64,000 bases of DNA from a virus (lineage: Duplodnaviria > Caudoviricetes): positions 1 through 64,000 of the IMG/VR virus record IMGVR_UViG_3300006204_000008, one strand, 5' to 3'. Every line of letters begins with the position of its first letter. Within the stretch, counting starts at the first letter, position 1. The position numbers and the translations under genes were made by a program. This document shows, piece by piece, positions 10,010 through 18,045 of the stretch. The notes beneath the pieces were generated by a model that saw nothing but the letters and a program-made list of their open reading frames with translations, was not told where the DNA came from and searched no databases.

Positions 10010-10582
10010 ATGGTATTTTTTGATGCGCAAAGTCTATTCAATTTTTTACGTGAGCAATATGAGAAAAAAGAATGCCCTGTTGATATTGCTACTTACGGGA
10101 TAAGCCTTTTTGAGGAAAAAACGCCCTATGGTTCTTTTGAAAGTAGTGCTATGAAGTTCATGAACTGTTTGCGTGGTGGAGCGACTGATGTAAGGGTATT
10201 GGTTGGGCTTCAGCCGATAAAAAAGTTCAGAAATTCGACCTATGGAATGCGGGAATTGGAATACCGCAAAATGGTCAGGAGAGTATTAGAAATTGGGGAA
10301 GAATATGGTATTTGTTGCCTTCCAACTCAAAAATCCCACCTAAAAATGTATCGAATCGGTGATTTGTATGTTGTTGGGGGAATCAACCTTGGGAACTCCT
10401 ATTGGACCGATTGTTCGGTAGTGGTGGAAAACCAAGATGATAAAGACGAGATGCAGTATGTGTTTGATGCAATGTGGCATGGAGCCTGTACAGTTCAACC
10501 GCTTTGTGAGATTTCAGAAATGGTACAAGCTACTGATTGCTACGAAGAAACTTATTACGGTTTTGATGAGGTGGAAACATGA
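10010..10582 (+). CDS. PLD-superfamily (single HKD motif) nuclease-like protein
   Basis: HLKMYRIGDLYVVGGINL fits HxKxxxxD...GxxN; AT-rich relative to the backbone. Confidence 0.65.
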   Translation: MVFFDAQSLFNFLREQYEKKECPVDIATYGISLFEEKTPYGSFESSAMKFMNCLRGGATDVRVLVGLQPIKKFRNSTYGMRELEYRKMVRRVLEIGEEYGICCLPTQKSHLKMYRIGDLYVVGGINLGNSYWTDCSVVVENQDDKDEMQYVFDAMWHGACTVQPLCEISEMVQATDCYEETYYGFDEVET

Positions 10583-10956
10583 AAGACTTACACACCCTAG
10601 ACAAATACCGGCTTTCTGAGCTTGAGCGGAAATTCTACGGAAAGAACGGGGATGGAGGAAACGGTTGCTTCAAAGTTTTCGTGGGCGGGAAATCATTTTT
10701 CGTGATCGCTTCCAACAACTGCGGCTGGGAGCACGTCAGAGTGTCGCCTGGAAACAGTCGGCGAAAGACGTGCCCAACCTGGGAAGAGATGTGCGCCATC
10801 AAGGATATGTTCTTTGGAGAGGAGGAGCGGGTGGTACAGTACCACCCGCCCAAGAGCGAGTACGTAAACCAGCATCCTTATTGCCTCCATCTGTGGAGGC
10901 CAACGCAGGATCGTATGCCATTTCCTCCCTCAATTTTCGTTGGAAGGAGGCTTTGA
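10579..10956 (+). CDS. Conserved phage hypothetical protein
   Basis: GWEHVRVS...PTWEEMCAIKDMFF...HPYCLHLWRP pattern common in Firmicutes phages. Confidence 0.7.
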   Translation: MKDLHTLDKYRLSELERKFYGKNGDGGNGCFKVFVGGKSFFVIASNNCGWEHVRVSPGNSRRKTCPTWEEMCAIKDMFFGEEERVVQYHPPKSEYVNQHPYCLHLWRPTQDRMPFPPSIFVGRRL

Positions 10957-10959
10957 AAC

Positions 10960-11172
10960 ATGGGTGAATGGATTAGTGTGGAGGAAAGGCTGCCTCCTGA
11001 AAAAGGTGAGTACCTTGTTGCATATCACCCTTGCCATTGGGACCATGTGTACCCGGAAACGAGGACTGGCATAGATACTTTTCGTGGGAAAGCAGCATGG
11101 GCGAAAAAGAAATATCAGCGTGTCACCCACTGGATGCCACTCCCTGAGCCGCCGAAGGAGGAAACGACATGA
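10960..11172 (+). CDS. DUF551-like phage protein
   Basis: WISVEERLP ... VTHWMPLPEPP. Confidence 0.8.
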   Translation: MGEWISVEERLPPEKGEYLVAYHPCHWDHVYPETRTGIDTFRGKAAWAKKKYQRVTHWMPLPEPPKEETT

Positions 11173-11672
11173 AAGTCAAAATGGAAACCGCATTTGATGA
11201 AATGGTGGAGAAGGTCATGGAGAGCGACCGTCTCTGCGAAGCCTGTATGTTTGAGCATGAAGGGTGCCCTGGTTTGACCGTAGGGAGGAGCGGTGAGCCG
11301 AGCTTCCCTCCCTGCTCACAAGGCATCCCAGCGGAGGGATACATCGAGCCCAAACTGCTTAAAGTCGTTTATGATGAGATAGTGGAGGAGATGGAATTGA
11401 CAAACCGTGAACACCACAGAAAAATCCTGGATGAGCTGAACGAGCTCTATGCCAGGAAGAACCACGACTACGGTGACAGCTTCCACCAGTCCTATATAGA
11501 TGAGGGCCTTGCCATGGCCCGTATCCGCCTGGGGGACAAGCTGTCTCGGTTTAAGACGCTGACCCGAAAGGGGGAGCAGAAAGTCCAGGATGAAGCCATC
11601 CGAGACACTCTGCTTGACTTGGCGAACTACGCCGTGATGACGGTGATGGAATTGGAACGAGAGGAGGGATAG
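11169..11672 (+). CDS. Protein with a C-terminal DUF1599-like (nucleotide-modification-associated, MazG-like) domain
   Basis: KNHDYGDSF...RLGDKLSR...DTLLDLANYA. Confidence 0.75.
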   Translation: MKVKMETAFDEMVEKVMESDRLCEACMFEHEGCPGLTVGRSGEPSFPPCSQGIPAEGYIEPKLLKVVYDEIVEEMELTNREHHRKILDELNELYARKNHDYGDSFHQSYIDEGLAMARIRLGDKLSRFKTLTRKGEQKVQDEAIRDTLLDLANYAVMTVMELEREEG

Positions 11673-11676
11673 GACG

Positions 11677-11991
11677 ATGGCAAAGAAAAATTCGTTCCTC
11701 GCTAAGATGGAGGCGAAGCAGGAACAGGAGCTTGCCTTTATGCGCAGGTTCACGCTGCAGCAGTGCAAGGACATGATGCTGATCGCAGCTCATGAGGCAT
11801 TCGGGTTCGGACCGGACAGATCGAAAGCCCTTGGGGATATGTTCGATAAGGTTTTTGTGGAATACGCAAAAATGACCATATCGGATTCCAAGGACGACCA
11901 GGAGCTCTGGTACACCAAGGAGAAGGTGGACACGAAGCTCAAGGAGGTATGTGGAGAAAACTTCTCACCTTGGGAGGAAAGATATGGTTAA
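11677..11991 (+). CDS. Hypothetical phage protein
   Basis: ORF with SD in operon. Confidence 0.6.
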   Translation: MAKKNSFLAKMEAKQEQELAFMRRFTLQQCKDMMLIAAHEAFGFGPDRSKALGDMFDKVFVEYAKMTISDSKDDQELWYTKEKVDTKLKEVCGENFSPWEERYG

Positions 11992-12259
11992 TCTTAACCG
12001 GGGGTACCGTACAATAACCAAGCGGCCTTTTGATCTGCAGCAGTTTAACAGTGACCGGGATGAGGCGCTTCTTTCGCTGGACAAAGAGAAAATACAGACG
12101 TTTCAAAAAAAGTACAACATCGGATTCCAACCTTCAAGCGAACGTGTGTTCTGGGCGGGTGTTCATAAAGCAATCCTGGTTCTCAATGCTGCAACAGAAG
12201 AGCAGAAAAGGCGGTCCAGAGAATGGCTGAAAACAAACGGGTTTTCTGTTCAATTTTGA
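11984..12259 (+). CDS. Hypothetical phage protein
   Basis: ORF with GGAGG SD overlapping the previous gene. Confidence 0.55.
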   Translation: MVNLNRGYRTITKRPFDLQQFNSDRDEALLSLDKEKIQTFQKKYNIGFQPSSERVFWAGVHKAILVLNAATEEQKRRSREWLKTNGFSVQF

Positions 12260-12436
12260 TGGGTATGGTATCATAGAGGAAAAGAGGAGAAAGCGGCCCT
12301 AAACCGGCCCCAAAGGGGCGGCAGACATACTGGTGCGGCCTCCCGCGAGAGGACAACATTCCAGATGCCGCCCCGCTTTCTCCTTTGCATTTTACAGGTG
12401 GAAAAATCCTCTCCAACATGATATCCTATTACTACA

Positions 12437-13264
12437 ATGGGAAGGATTGCAGTGAAAGGAGAGAAAATGGATATCTTGACCCAAAGAATGCTATTGTCAG
12501 AGTCTTATGCCCGGCTTGGAGAGACCAAACAATCAATCCGAGTGGAACAGTGCGGGAAAATTTACTGGTCCGAACAAGAAGATGGAGGAAAATTAGAAGG
12601 CCGACCGAGCTTTTGTAAAGATCGTCTCTGCCCGGCCTGTAGTTGGAGGTGGGGAAAGTCTATCACAAAAGAGGCAGTAGAAACGTTGTACAGAGTAAAA
12701 GAGATTGACCCAGATAGTAAGTTTCTGTTCCTCACACTTACGGTTCGATCTGTGCCAGGTCCTGAGATAAGCGAGGCTTTGAACACAATGGCGGAAGGAT
12801 TCAACCGATTTGTTAATAATCGAGCATTTAAGAGACGTGTAAAAGGTTTCTTAAAGGTTTTAGGTCTGAAATTCAATCATGTGGATGGAACGTTTCATTT
12901 CTATTATCAGTTGATTTTGTGTGTGAGCAAGAGCTATAAAAAGAATAAAAAGAAACTTTACTGGGAAATGGATGATTGGGCTCGAGTGTGGAGACAATCG
13001 GCTCGGTTGACGTATGATCCTCATGTCTGGGTTAGAGAAATCACCGGAGGGGATAGGGGACTGGCAAGAGCAGCAAGGCATCTTTCTCGGAGATTTGAGT
13101 GTATTGTTTCTGAAGATTCAGACTATACAGATCAAATTGTAGCAAGTTTGAGTAAAGATCTAAAACATCGGAGAATGGTCAGTTTTGCAGGAATATTATC
13201 GGACGCACGGAGGACTATATACCCTAAAAATTTGGAACAGATGAAGCAAAGGAGACAGATATGA
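12437..13264 (+). CDS. Rep_1 (pC194/pUB110-type rolling-circle initiator) homologue, apparently catalytically inactive
   Basis: CKDRLCPACSWR, FLFLTLTV and LKHRRMVSFAG match Rep_1; the HUH position reads HFYYQL and the YxxK position reads RHLSR. Confidence 0.75.
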   Translation: MGRIAVKGEKMDILTQRMLLSESYARLGETKQSIRVEQCGKIYWSEQEDGGKLEGRPSFCKDRLCPACSWRWGKSITKEAVETLYRVKEIDPDSKFLFLTLTVRSVPGPEISEALNTMAEGFNRFVNNRAFKRRVKGFLKVLGLKFNHVDGTFHFYYQLILCVSKSYKKNKKKLYWEMDDWARVWRQSARLTYDPHVWVREITGGDRGLARAARHLSRRFECIVSEDSDYTDQIVASLSKDLKHRRMVSFAGILSDARRTIYPKNLEQMKQRRQI

Positions 13265-13311
13265 CAAATTACACAATTACCAGTAAATCCCAACGGGGGG
13301 GGGCGTTCTGA
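13261..13311 (+). CDS. Poly-G leader peptide 1 (MTNYTITSKSQRGGAF*), G9 at 13295-13303
   Basis: ATGA overlap with the rep stop; with 8 or 11 G the ORF would extend to TAA 13358-13360, just past the ATG at 13351. Confidence 0.7.
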   Translation: MTNYTITSKSQRGGAF

Positions 13312-13350
13312 CCTCCTGACTGGCAGAACGCCCAAAGAGGGGGTGACGGT

Positions 13351-14046
13351 ATGCCGATAACCAACGGCAAGTACGTCAACCCCGGCTGGAAGAACGGCGG
13401 ACCGCCAGCTTTGGATGCTGGGGAACTGAATGCGATCAGTGACAGGCTGCAATATTTGGATGCCAACGCACAGGTAACTAAACCTACCCCTCAAAGGGTT
13501 CATGGTAGCATTGAAGCGGTGGAATGGACGCCTTCTGATGGAATGAAGTGGAAGAATATAGGGTATCTGCCTGGTTTTGACGCCAGTGATGTATGGGGAA
13601 CTTTAGGCGGGGAGTTTTATGCTAAGAGTGGTATAATTCCGAGTACAGCGACTATAGAAATAGGCTTTTCTCACGCACAAGGATATGGGCCAGATACCAC
13701 TTCGGTGTCAAAGTTTTTCATATCAAGTTTTTCGGGATATCAATCTTCAATTTCTAGGTTTGTATTGGGACCTTTGCCCGCTAAAGCTACCACTCCTAGT
13801 GAATCATTATATTTTGAAATTTCATCTATGGCCAGAGGTACCACAGGGTCAATAAAAACACTGGTTCTTACCATTGTATCTAAAAAAGTATCTGGAAATA
13901 CTTCTCAGGTTGCATTAAATCAATATGGCATTTGCGGCGAATTTGAATCGCTCGCATATCTTTGGGCAAGGCCAAGCAATGCATTGACTTCTGGTATGCT
14001 GAGGTTTCAGGGAGGTCGTGTAGATTTGTTCCCTACTGCAACATAA
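13351..14046 (+). CDS. Cassette 1 putative receptor-binding/tail-fibre protein
   Basis: N-terminus NPGWKNGGPPALDAGELNAISDRLQ is shared with the other cassettes; unique AT-rich C-terminal domain. Confidence 0.6.
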   Translation: MPITNGKYVNPGWKNGGPPALDAGELNAISDRLQYLDANAQVTKPTPQRVHGSIEAVEWTPSDGMKWKNIGYLPGFDASDVWGTLGGEFYAKSGIIPSTATIEIGFSHAQGYGPDTTSVSKFFISSFSGYQSSISRFVLGPLPAKATTPSESLYFEISSMARGTTGSIKTLVLTIVSKKVSGNTSQVALNQYGICGEFESLAYLWARPSNALTSGMLRFQGGRVDLFPTAT

Positions 14047-14049
14047 AGC

Positions 14050-14083
14050 AAGAAGGGGCCCACAGTAAAGTGGGCCCCTTCTT
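14050..14083. terminator. Probable bidirectional intrinsic terminator between convergent genes
   Basis: Perfect 14-bp inverted repeat AAGAAGGGGCCCAC / GTGGGCCCCTTCTT. Confidence 0.75.
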
Positions 14084-14105
14084 CTTGGAATTTTTGATTG
14101 ATGAA

Positions 14106-14396
14106 CTAAAGATTTTGCAATAGCCCGTCCCCGAGTACAATTGCGTTGGATTGATTTCCGAACACAAGCACCAGGGCCTGATCCCCGACGCCCAGAGAGG
14201 CGGCAGAGGGGACATAGGGAAGAGATAGGGTAGTGTCCTCCAGGGGCTTACGGACGCCGATAGCACCCCCAGAGGGGGCGGCTGTTACCTGCGCCCTGAA
14301 AAAGCTGACCTCGCTTCGTAGCATCTCAGCAACCTTGGGGCGAAAATAGGTCCAGAGGCCGTCAGCCAAGTCTTTCATCTGGTCGTTACTGCTCAT
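14106..14396 (-). CDS. Small beta-rich protein, possible baseplate/tail-tip OB-fold type
   Basis: RAQVTAAPSGG..V.....LSLPY...LGVGDQALVLVFG pattern; a homologous 3' fragment occurs at 49108-49192. Confidence 0.45.
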   Translation of the reverse strand: MSSNDQMKDLADGLWTYFRPKVAEMLRSEVSFFRAQVTAAPSGGAIGVRKPLEDTTLSLPYVPSAASLGVGDQALVLVFGNQSNAIVLGDGLLQNL

Positions 14397-14571
14397 TCCT
14401 GTCCCCTCTTTCCTTTCGCTGGGCAATGCGTAAAATGACGGTACATTTGGGTAGCCGGAGTTTCACCCCATCTTCGGAAAAAGCAGATATTTTTTTCACG
14501 ATGGGAGTGTCCTCGTCGGGCAGTTTGTATTCGACGGCATATTCGCAGAGTTTTGCATTCGGTCTTAACAT
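14386..14571 (-). CDS. Small hypothetical protein, paralogue of 15386-15571
   Basis: Shared MLRxNAxL..Y.V.Y..P....PI...I..FS..G..LRLP...ERG.R pattern. Confidence 0.6.
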   Translation of the reverse strand: MLRPNAKLCEYAVEYKLPDEDTPIVKKISAFSEDGVKLRLPKCTVILRIAQRKERGDRNEQ

Positions 14572-15389
14572 AGTCCTGCCCCCTTCAGCACTTCATTGTA
14601 GGCGGACATGGAGGCGATGGCGGCATCAATGAACCATATGGTCCCATGCTCATCAGCCATGAAATCCAGAGACCACTTCGCGGCTCCATACTTGCCGCCG
14701 GGACGACCGGGAAAGTCTCTCAGACTGTCCTCCACCAGTCTGACCACGCTGTCCCGACCTTGAGTAAATTCACACTCCAGACGGTTTGCCTGGGATTGGA
14801 ACACCGCCAAATCCTCTGGCAGATAAGACAGGGCGTTCACCATCGTTTCCCGCTCCCAATAGGGTACTACCGCTAAGACCTTCTTTGCGTCGAAGTCGTA
14901 GAATACTCGGTACTCTGCCCGCAGCGGCATCCCATGATAGATGGTCGGGAGGCTGCAATCTGGGTCAATGTACTGCCGCAGGACAACTCCGTTGATGAAT
15001 TGATCCGCACACAAGGCATGGTAGATCATGCTCAGTGCGCTGTCACCCAAGTCGTGGTCCGTCATGTCCTCCGTGATTTTGGTTTTGCCGAACCAGAACT
15101 TGTGGGAGGTCAGGCTGGACTTGAGAAAAAGGGGATAGGAACATCCCAGGGAAGTGACCGCTTCCCAGACATACGGGCGAAGCCACGCGCCGAATTTTAC
15201 GATCATTTCCGGCGCGTAATCATCACTGCTTACCCAGCAGAACCAATCATAGGGCAGCGGGATAAATATGCTTCTGGGTGAGGGCAGATACCCGGAAAGT
15301 TGGTAGTACCAGTTGTTGAAGGCGTTGGGGTTGTCGCTGGCCTCCGCGAATACCCTTTGCATAAATTTTTCGTACTCTTCTTTGCTCAA
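14565..15389 (-). CDS. ATP-grasp-like protein (R2K/Cdc123-related, tentative)
   Basis: LFLKSS, VLRQYI, EYRVFY, WSLDFM...WFIDAA resemble ATP-grasp nucleotide- and metal-binding motifs. Confidence 0.5.
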   Translation of the reverse strand: MSKEEYEKFMQRVFAEASDNPNAFNNWYYQLSGYLPSPRSIFIPLPYDWFCWVSSDDYAPEMIVKFGAWLRPYVWEAVTSLGCSYPLFLKSSLTSHKFWFGKTKITEDMTDHDLGDSALSMIYHALCADQFINGVVLRQYIDPDCSLPTIYHGMPLRAEYRVFYDFDAKKVLAVVPYWERETMVNALSYLPEDLAVFQSQANRLECEFTQGRDSVVRLVEDSLRDFPGRPGGKYGAAKWSLDFMADEHGTIWFIDAAIASMSAYNEVLKGAGLC

Positions 15390-15571
15390 GACGGGTCCCT
15401 CCTTCCCCTCTCTTCGATCTCCACCATCTCCAGCACCTGCGCCCCCTGGGGCAGACGCAGTGCCGCCCCTGATTTGCTGAAATCCAATATCTCTACCTGA
15501 ATGGGGTCAGGGGAAGAGGGGATTGTGTAGAGGACGGAATACTTTTTGAGACGGGCGTTGGCTCGTAACAT
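15386..15571 (-). CDS. Small hypothetical protein, paralogue of 14386-14571
   Basis: 61 aa, same length and motif pattern as its paralogue. Confidence 0.6.
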   Translation of the reverse strand: MLRANARLKKYSVLYTIPSSPDPIQVEILDFSKSGAALRLPQGAQVLEMVEIEERGRRDPS

Positions 15572-15633
15572 CGCTTCAACCTCCTTACTCTGTACCGTTC
15601 TTTTTTTATTCTACCACCCTTGCGAAATGATGC

Positions 15634-15674
15634 TTGACTATAGGTTAAACCCATGTTATAATAGGTTTAACCTA
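15634..15674 (+). promoter_or_regulatory. Sigma-A promoter overlapped by an 11-bp inverted-repeat operator
   Basis: TTGACT(15634)-17 bp-TATAAT(15657); TAGGTTAAACC 15641-15651 and GGTTTAACCTA 15664-15674. Confidence 0.75.
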
Positions 15675-15693
15675 ATGGAGAAGGGGATACAAA

Positions 15694-15867
15694 ATGCCAG
15701 ACACCCAAGCGAAAAAGGAATGGGGGAAGCGCAACACAACCTTCATCGGCCTGAAACTGAACAACCGGACCGACCGCGACATCCTTCAGGCTCTGGAAGG
15801 GAAGGCGAAACAGACGGAAATCAAACGGCTGATCCGCCTTGCCCTGGAAAAACAAAAAGGGGAGTGA
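15694..15867 (+). CDS. Small ribbon-helix-helix-like DNA-binding protein (57 aa), not in the ORF track
   Basis: MPDTQAKKEWGKRNTTFIGLKLNNRTDRDILQALEGKAKQTEIKRLIRLAL; SD upstream. Confidence 0.6.
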   Translation: MPDTQAKKEWGKRNTTFIGLKLNNRTDRDILQALEGKAKQTEIKRLIRLALEKQKGE

Positions 15868-15872
15868 AATCT

Positions 15873-16889
15873 ATGGCAAAGCTGGCCGGGGAGAAGTGGC
15901 AGCAGGCCACAGAGGAATATTTGGAGAACATGAGGGCGACAGGTCAGGCCGCAGCAAGTCTGCGGAATATGACCCAGACCTTGGAGCAGTTCGGGACGTT
16001 TTGGACCGAGCAGGCCGAGACAGAGGGCCGTGACCTGGCTGATCCCGCTTTTTCCGACGTGCTCCAGTGGAGAAACAGTCTTGTGGCCCGTGGACTGAAG
16101 CCCCGGACCGTGGAAAAGTACCTGACCCGTTTGGGGGCGTTCTTTTCTTATGCCTCAGATCCTTGCCTGGGGGAAGGGCGGTACTATGACAGCAGCCCGG
16201 TTTCCAAGCGTTTGAAGCCGGACCTGCGGAAGGTGGACGCGCGGCCTTATGACATCATCCTCACCGACGAGCAGGCCGCGAAACTTTGGGACAGCAGTCT
16301 GCCGCCCAGCCGCAAGAACCACTACAAGGAATGGCCCCGGAACTATGCCATCGTGGTGATGTTTCTTTCCACTGAGCTGCGCAACAGTGAGCTGCGGGCC
16401 CTTCGCCTGGGGGATCTGGATTTTGCGGCCGGAGAGATCACAGTGGAGCGGGGCAAAGGGGATAAGTTTCGGGTGGTGGAGTTCCCCGCCGTGGCACAGA
16501 CCGCGGTGCAGTTGTACCTGCGTTCCGATGCCGCGCCACCGGAACGGGAAGCGGGTACCCTGCTCTTTGGACACGCCAGGAACGGCCTGTGGGGGGCGTT
16601 TACCTTGACGGGTATCTCATCGCTGGTGGAGCGCCATGTGCGCACGGTGACGGGCGTGGAGGGCGTGACAAGCCACGATCTGCGTCATGTCGGGGCAAGG
16701 CTGGATCTCAATAACGGAATGCGGCTGGAAGAGCTGCAAGCAAAGCTGGGCCATTCCAGCTATGACACCACACAGATCTACTCCGGCAGGCTCACTGCCC
16801 GCCGGGGGCAGCAGAAGGCCCGGGAGGTCTTTGCGGAGCGGGAGCGGCAGGCAGAGAAAAACGCCGCAAGGCTGCAGGAAGCTGTGTGA
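15873..16889 (+). CDS. Tyrosine recombinase, XerC/XerD-like
   Basis: Catalytic set intact: LRNSEL (R), GKGDK (K), HDLRH (HxxR), LGH, TQIY (Y). Confidence 0.92.
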   Translation: MAKLAGEKWQQATEEYLENMRATGQAAASLRNMTQTLEQFGTFWTEQAETEGRDLADPAFSDVLQWRNSLVARGLKPRTVEKYLTRLGAFFSYASDPCLGEGRYYDSSPVSKRLKPDLRKVDARPYDIILTDEQAAKLWDSSLPPSRKNHYKEWPRNYAIVVMFLSTELRNSELRALRLGDLDFAAGEITVERGKGDKFRVVEFPAVAQTAVQLYLRSDAAPPEREAGTLLFGHARNGLWGAFTLTGISSLVERHVRTVTGVEGVTSHDLRHVGARLDLNNGMRLEELQAKLGHSSYDTTQIYSGRLTARRGQQKAREVFAERERQAEKNAARLQEAV

Positions 16890-16999
16890 GAGAGGAAAAT
16901 ACCAGGGGGTTCCCTGTTTGAATAGAGAAGTTTTGAGAAAGAGACACGGCTGGCTACCGTGCCTCTCACCGTAAGTTTATTGTAATAGGAGAATGGATT

Positions 17000-17980
17000 T
17001 TGAAAAAACAACTCGGATGCTTTGTCCTCGTTTTGATTTGTGCAGCATCTTTGACGCTTGGAGGATGCGGACAAAGTCTGAATGAAAATTTTTCTGAGGC
17101 TTTGGAGGAAGCAGGGTATAGGGTGAATTCTGTATCGGTTTCTGACCCAAAAACAAAAATAAACGGGAAACAGGTTGAACTTAGCATTGAGAATGAAACC
17201 CTCTCAAAGGACGATTATGAAGCGATCCAGGAAATAGCGAACAGTGTTTACAAAAAGGAGAACAATTTTTCTGTTTTGCTGTCCATCGCTTATGATAACG
17301 GGAAAGAAAACTATTCCTATTTGGATGAAGTATATGGGATGACGCCGGAGGAGGCAAAAGAAAACCAAGGGAAGCCAAAAGCGGGGAAGCAGAAGGAGTT
17401 CGATTCAAAATCCGGGAGCGAAAACGCTGGGATCGGCGCAAAAGAGGGCAGCGGACTGGGGAAGTATGCCTATGAAGGATCACAAGGAGAAGCGCAAAAA
17501 GAAACCCAAACGCATACTACACAAGAACCAAAAGAAGAAACCTCTTTCTGGGGACGATCTCAAAAAAGCGTCCTGGATGCGGTAGCTTCCCGCATGAGCA
17601 AATTAGAACTGGATGGTGAGATAGGCGTATACAAAACCACCAATGAATATGGAGACCTTTATATCCCGACCGTAAACGGGACACCGACACAAAACTCTTT
17701 ATCCTTCACCGCAAACACCGCCAACGGCGTGGACGAACCCACAGTGTTGTGCCTTGACATCGGGGACAGCGATTCCAATACAGGATTCACAGCAGCTGCC
17801 TGCTGCCTAATCCAAGAAGCAACCGGGAAGGAATGGAGCGAAACATTTGAAGAGTTTATGGCTCTCTTCATCGGCGCAACAACGGCCCCAGGGGAAAGCT
17901 ATACAGACACATTCGGCGGGCAGGAACTCCGCATGATAAGCGACGGGAGTAACGTAATTTTTAAGATAACTGCGCCTTAA
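17000..17980 (+). CDS. Putative lipoprotein (moron)
   Basis: Signal peptide with lipobox LGGC; lower GC than the backbone. Confidence 0.7.
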   Translation: MKKQLGCFVLVLICAASLTLGGCGQSLNENFSEALEEAGYRVNSVSVSDPKTKINGKQVELSIENETLSKDDYEAIQEIANSVYKKENNFSVLLSIAYDNGKENYSYLDEVYGMTPEEAKENQGKPKAGKQKEFDSKSGSENAGIGAKEGSGLGKYAYEGSQGEAQKETQTHTTQEPKEETSFWGRSQKSVLDAVASRMSKLELDGEIGVYKTTNEYGDLYIPTVNGTPTQNSLSFTANTANGVDEPTVLCLDIGDSDSNTGFTAAACCLIQEATGKEWSETFEEFMALFIGATTAPGESYTDTFGGQELRMISDGSNVIFKITAP

Positions 17981-18045
17981 ACAGTGGTGGTAAGTTACCG
18001 CTTTTTCGGTGTAGAAACTATGAATTTTCGAGAGGAGAGATCAAA

